A stretch of DNA of 64,000 nt from the NCBI GenBank assembly GCA_963732385.1, contig CAVSZB010000006.1, positions 64,001-128,000 on the forward strand, read 5' to 3'. Under the pieces are notes generated by a model that made no database searches, was not told where the DNA came from, and was given only the letters and a program-made list of their open reading frames with translations. This DNA comes from an uncultured bacterium. GTDB lineage: Bacteria; Krumholzibacteriota; Krumholzibacteriia; LZORAL124-64-63. Both the position numbers and the translations under genes were made by a program. The first letter of the stretch is position 1. Every line of letters starts with the position of its first letter. This document shows, piece by piece, positions 59,663-64,000 of the stretch.

Positions 59663-61426
59663 TCAGCGCACCAGGACAAGCTTGCGGGAATATGACGCTC
59701 CGTCCGCCTCCAGCCTGGCCACGTAGACCCCCGAGCTCAGCGCTTCTCCGCGCGCATCGGTGCCGTTCCAGACCAGGACGTGCGAGCCTCTCTCCAGCAC
59801 GCCAGCGGCCAGCGTCGCGACCTGGCGGCCCGCGATGTCGTACACGCAGAGACGTCCGCGGACCGCCCGGGCCAGCTCGAAGCTGAGGCGGACCAGCGGG
59901 TTGAACGGGTTCGGCCACGCCTCGAGCGCGCCCGTCAGGCTGGGGGTGGCGCCGGCCGGACCGGCGGCGTCGGCAAGCCGGAGCGCCGCGGCGGCCGGCT
60001 CGGTCGGGGCCGCGTACTTGACGGTGCAGGCGAGATAGTCGCCGTAGCAGGAATAGGCGCGGGGGCTGCTGTCGCGGGCCACCCGGACCCGGATCTCGCC
60101 GGCGGCCGAGACGAACGGCGCGGGCGTGGCGATCACGCAGGAGCGGGTCGCGTCGGTGGTGCCGATCTCCGCGACATCGACCGGCGACCAGGCGCCCGTC
60201 GTGAAATCGTAGAGGGAGAGGGTCTGCTCGCCGCTCTGGGAGTAGCTGCCGTTGTAGGTGATGGTGAGCGACACCGGCGTTTCCGCGATCGTCAGGCCGG
60301 CATACCAGTCGGTGTAGTAGCGCCGCGAAACCTTCGCGGCATTCACCCGCAGATAGGCGCCGTCATCCGCGGCCAGGCTGGCGTAGCTGCCGGCGCCGAC
60401 CGTGCCGATGAGCATCGTGACGTTGGTCGGGACGTAGGTCTTCGCCAGCAGTTCCTCGCCGCCGCCCGAGCCGTTGTGGTAGGTGTCGGTGAAGCCGTCG
60501 CCCGCCACCGTGTAGGCGGCTCCCGGCTCGGGGTCGGCCTGGACGACGATCGTGCCGCCGACCTTGTCCCAGCCGACGGTCGGATCGGCGCCCGAGCCGA
60601 GCTCGGTCCAGTAGGTCTTCACGCCGTGGTCGTGCAGCCGGGTCAGCGCCTCCGCCGTGGGGTGCCCGTAGGTGTTGTCCCCGACCGAGATCACGCTGAC
60701 CTCGGGCGTGGTGGAGGTGAGCCAGCTGTCGGAGGTGGAGGTGGCCGAGGCGTGATGATGGACCTTGTACACCTCGACGTCGCCCACGGCCGGCCCGACC
60801 GCGCTCTCGACGTCGTTGTCGGTGTCGGCGGTGAGATCCCCGCCCATCACCTCGTCGAAGGCGCCGTAGGTGACCCTGATGACGACGCTCTTGGCGTTCT
60901 CGTCGCTGCCGTCGACCGGGTAGACGCCCGCGCCGTTGAGGGCGAGGCAGCGGATCGTGACCGGGTTGGCCGACCCGGCGTCGAGCGTGATGGTCTGGTC
61001 GGCGGACAGGGTCTGCCGCTTCGCGCCCAGGGCGGTGGCGTAGTCGGTGTAGGTGGCGGTGGTGTAGCTGTAGCCGCGGTCGTACCCCGCGACGTTGAGC
61101 GCCACGCCGGCGCCGAGCAGGTCGTCGAGGCAGCCGATGTGATCGGCGTGATAGTGCGACGCGAAGTTGTAGTCGAAGCTGGTGATGCCCAGGCCGGTGA
61201 TGTAGTCCACGAAGGCCGGACAGTTCGAATAGGTACCGTCGTCGACGATGGCGAGCTGGCCGAGCGGGCTGACGATCAGCGCGCCGTCACCCTGGCCGAC
61301 GTCGATGTGGTGGATCTGCAGTTTGCCGTTGCCGGGCTGCGCCGCGGCGCCGGTCGTCAGCAGGACCGGCAGGAGCAGGGCGGACAGGGTTACGGCATGT
61401 CGCACGCGTGACGGGATGCTTCGCAT
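59663..61426 (-). CDS. Secreted ComEC/Rec2-like metallo-beta-lactamase-fold hydrolase with FlgD-Ig/T9SS-like C-terminal domain
   Basis: IDVGQGD, SHYHADHIG, GGD, KVHHH, NTYGHP; C-terminal WPNPFNP...VYDIAGRQV...WNG...SGVY. Confidence 0.85.
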   Translation of the reverse strand: MRSIPSRVRHAVTLSALLLPVLLTTGAAAQPGNGKLQIHHIDVGQGDGALIVSPLGQLAIVDDGTYSNCPAFVDYITGLGITSFDYNFASHYHADHIGCLDDLLGAGVALNVAGYDRGYSYTTATYTDYATALGAKRQTLSADQTITLDAGSANPVTIRCLALNGAGVYPVDGSDENAKSVVIRVTYGAFDEVMGGDLTADTDNDVESAVGPAVGDVEVYKVHHHASATSTSDSWLTSTTPEVSVISVGDNTYGHPTAEALTRLHDHGVKTYWTELGSGADPTVGWDKVGGTIVVQADPEPGAAYTVAGDGFTDTYHNGSGGGEELLAKTYVPTNVTMLIGTVGAGSYASLAADDGAYLRVNAAKVSRRYYTDWYAGLTIAETPVSLTITYNGSYSQSGEQTLSLYDFTTGAWSPVDVAEIGTTDATRSCVIATPAPFVSAAGEIRVRVARDSSPRAYSCYGDYLACTVKYAAPTEPAAAALRLADAAGPAGATPSLTGALEAWPNPFNPLVRLSFELARAVRGRLCVYDIAGRQVATLAAGVLERGSHVLVWNGTDARGEALSSGVYVARLEADGASYSRKLVLVR

Positions 61427-61840
61427 GGGGAGGCGCCTCCTTGATGACGGACCGAGCGACCCGGCAGGCGCGTCGTGGATTCCCGGGAGCGGTGCGCGGC
61501 TGGGGCCGCGCGCAGGCCGGTCGCGCGCGTCTGCACGCCTGGGGGGTGACGTGGCGCTGGACGAGGCCGCGGCGGGGCGAGGCGCGGCAGGTCAGGTCGG
61601 GATCCCGTGGGCGATGGCGCGGAGCGTAGCGCAGGCGGCGCGACGATTCAAGCGGACGGCGGCACAGGAGCGGGCAGATCCCGCAGGAAAGGGGAGAGGC
61701 GCAGGACGAGTTCGGCGACGAGACCTCGGCAGTCCCGTCTGTATCCGCCCGATCGCCCGGGACGCTGGACCAGCCTTTGTTGTAGCGATTTCCTGATCGG
61801 GTCCCATTTCAAGCAGGGCTGGGTGAATAACCACTCGTCA

Positions 61841-62383
61841 TTATTCCGAAGGGTCTTCGAGTAGATCTCCAAAGCTTCCAAACTTCATGGTGAAGCGGCA
61901 CGCGGCGAGCTGATCCTTGATGCAGTCAGCCTCGGCGACTGTAAGAACGCTGTTTCGAATGCAGCTAAGGAGGATTCCCGGCGTGGTCAGAAGCCTGTTC
62001 GGTCCGAGCCTTCGCTCGATCTCCCGTCTCGCCCGGCGGTCATCGCTTGCAACTGCCCATCCCCTCGCCGAAGCCACCGCGATCGCCGCGGCCTCGCCCC
62101 TGCCCAGAAAGTCGTGCAAGATCGCGAACAGGCTGATCTCTGCTGGAGCCGTGAGTTCAGTTTCCTCGAGTTCCCCCGTCGCGATGGCCGCACTGACCTC
62201 CGAGAGCTGCGTTGTGTCAGTCAATTCACCGGGCAAGTTTGCAGATCCTCGCAGGTGCTCTGTGAACATGAAGCAATAGTTCCTGTGCTGGCGAAGGAGA
62301 TCCAATCGCCCGACGCGCAGGAAGTTGATGACGACATCCGTGTCGGATACAACGAAGATGCGTCTGTTCGGCGTGCGTTCCAT
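61841..62383 (-). CDS. PIN-domain protein (DUF3368-like)
   Basis: VVSDTDVVINF, LGRGEAAAIAVA, VASDDRRAR. Confidence 0.8.
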   Translation of the reverse strand: MERTPNRRIFVVSDTDVVINFLRVGRLDLLRQHRNYCFMFTEHLRGSANLPGELTDTTQLSEVSAAIATGELEETELTAPAEISLFAILHDFLGRGEAAAIAVASARGWAVASDDRRARREIERRLGPNRLLTTPGILLSCIRNSVLTVAEADCIKDQLAACRFTMKFGSFGDLLEDPSE

Positions 62384-62389
62384 AGGCCG

Positions 62390-63658
62390 CTACTCCGGCG
62401 TGATCGCGTCCACGGCTTCATCTTCGTCGCCATCTGATGCAAGGGCGGCCTCCACATCCTCCTCTGAAACGTCAAATTCCCCGGCAAGTTCGAGAAGCCT
62501 GTTCCGAGAGATCTCACTACGTCGATAGGCTTCGAAACCCAAATGGAGAACCTGATTTGCAAGTGACCAGTGCGCGTTCTCGTCCCAATGCGCGATGCGC
62601 AACGCATGGGCAACGCGCATGCCGATGTTGCGCTGTTTCTTGAGAGTCTCGAATCTGTCGTTCGGGATAACCTTCAGGTTCAGCAGGTGGTACAGCGCAG
62701 CCTCGTAGCTCACTCCGAAGTGATGCGCTAGGCCTACCACATCGTGCACGCGAATAGTCTGACTTCCGGGTGGCATGCGCTTCTGGACGGAGATTTGCTC
62801 GGCCTGTTCCGCGAGGGCGGAATCGTCAAAAACCCCCTGAGTCTGGCGAGTCGATTCTCCCTTGCCCAGAGATTGCAGGAAGGCGCGCACACCAGCTTCA
62901 GGCATCAGGAAGTGAGCCGCAAACGCATTCGCCCTGATCTCAATCAGCTCTTCGCGGTTCAAGGTGCGGCTCACCGTGCCGGACCGTTGCCGATCGGCCA
63001 AGATGTGGCAGTATTCGTGTGCGTAAGAGAACAGACGGCGATTTCGTGGATGATCGTGATTGATCACGATCACCAGCCCGAGCTCGCGGCCATGAAGGGA
63101 CAGGCCCGAAATGTCGCCAGCCATCGGGTACTCTGCCACGCGAACTCCCTGCCCCCGGATGATCTCGGCTATCTCCCAGACCGGGGACAAGCCCAAGCCG
63201 ATGCGATTCCTTTCCTGCTCGGCCAAGATTCGACCCTGACAGATGGCTTCCCATTTCGTCGACGGCGACGGGAGCGAGTAGCTTACCGCCATCGCGGCGC
63301 CTCCTCTGGGACGTCCGAGGAGTTGTTCCAGGCGAGTCGCCTCTCGGCAGAGATTCGCGCACCTCCGAAGTTCGGCGCCCAATCGTGGATCGTCAGCGAC
63401 TTCGGGATTCATCCGGAACAGCGCAAGGACGGGGTCATCTTCGAAGGCGTCGTCGTTCATGAACTCCATGATTCCCCGGCCGTACAGGCGGGCCAACCTG
63501 TCGAGCTCAAGGCTGTTGACGGCTCGATTGCCCGCTTCGATCTGGACCACCGCCGTCCGGGTAAGCCCGGCAGCATCCGCCACATGCTTCTGGGTCAAAC
63601 CGCAGTTTTCCCGGGCTGCCTTCAGCCGCCGGGCGAGTTCGGTTGGCGTCACGGGCAT
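62390..63658 (-). CDS. XRE-family HTH fused to an ImmA/IrrE zinc metallopeptidase
   Basis: RLKAARENCGLTQ...IEAGNR, FSYAHEYCH (HExxH), EIRANAFAAHFLMP. Confidence 0.9.
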   Translation of the reverse strand: MPVTPTELARRLKAARENCGLTQKHVADAAGLTRTAVVQIEAGNRAVNSLELDRLARLYGRGIMEFMNDDAFEDDPVLALFRMNPEVADDPRLGAELRRCANLCREATRLEQLLGRPRGGAAMAVSYSLPSPSTKWEAICQGRILAEQERNRIGLGLSPVWEIAEIIRGQGVRVAEYPMAGDISGLSLHGRELGLVIVINHDHPRNRRLFSYAHEYCHILADRQRSGTVSRTLNREELIEIRANAFAAHFLMPEAGVRAFLQSLGKGESTRQTQGVFDDSALAEQAEQISVQKRMPPGSQTIRVHDVVGLAHHFGVSYEAALYHLLNLKVIPNDRFETLKKQRNIGMRVAHALRIAHWDENAHWSLANQVLHLGFEAYRRSEISRNRLLELAGEFDVSEEDVEAALASDGDEDEAVDAITPE

Positions 63659-63679
63659 CTGTATCGCCTCCCATGGCGT

Positions 63680-63883
63680 CTATTTTTGTCGGTTGTACGG
63701 GGACTGGTTGGTTGGCTTCAGGGGGACGTTCTCTCCGCTCGCCTTCTGCCGCACGGCATTCTCAGTCCGGCCCAGCTTGAGTCCGATCACGCGGGTCGGC
63801 GTGTTCTGTGCCGCGAGGGTCTCCAGACGGCGAACTTCTTGGTCGGTCCATTCCTTGTGATGACGTGGTGGCGTTTTGACCAT
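63680..63883 (-). CDS. Small conserved basic HTH/Myb-like protein (67 aa)
   Basis: GGAGG SD; WTDQEVRRL...NTPTRVIGLKLGRTENAV...LKPTNQSPYN. Confidence 0.75.
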   Translation of the reverse strand: MVKTPPRHHKEWTDQEVRRLETLAAQNTPTRVIGLKLGRTENAVRQKASGENVPLKPTNQSPYNRQK

Positions 63884-64000
63884 GGATGCACCTCCTGAAC
63901 GTGGCTGCCCATTAAATGCCTCGGAGCTTCCCGGCGAGTGCTTGAACTCGACTGGACTCCAGTTCGAGGGTTTCAGACGCAGCAACGGCTAGCGGGCCCA

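Noticed and set aside
61592..61881. Short ORFs downstream of the PIN gene
   Set aside because: No recognisable motif or SD; probably island-junction DNA

Overview
A 64-kb window of a GC-rich (roughly 70%) diderm bacterium. A secreted protein with a PNPFNP/FlgD-Ig C-terminal domain suggests an FCB-associated lineage such as Krumholzibacteriota/Latescibacterota/Eisenbacteria (inference). The backbone is housekeeping and metabolic: semialdehyde dehydrogenase, MFS/EamA transporters, pabB, a prpD plus fungal-type single-chain homoaconitase pair, an erpA/iscA-led alternative complex III operon (actABCDEF, probable actG), yyaL, tricorn protease, tatD/tcdA, a sugar ABC transporter plus GH38 alpha-mannosidase, a PAS histidine kinase and a CBM9/DUF5916 protein. 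Four accessory blocks interrupt it: (i) a lower-GC AAA+/DUF4143 insert flanked by a 20-bp direct repeat, a MITE-like element and a decayed copy of the neighbouring gene; (ii) an AbiE type IV toxin-antitoxin locus surrounded by gene fragments; (iii) a RiPP-like cluster at 31.6-36.0 kb; (iv) an XRE-IrrE/PIN module at the right edge. The best candidate for an undescribed system is (iii). It has a 32-aa precursor ORF missing from the ORF track (MKLISLPGFGLVSKPMPCTYKSPLRILCGTYR, 35920-36018, minus strand), then a hairpin, two tandem radical SAM/SPASM enzymes and a convergent ABC exporter. The block ends at a scrambled duplicate of part of yyaL. No rRNA, tRNA or CRISPR array was recognised. All family assignments come from motif recognition by eye and need HMM confirmation.
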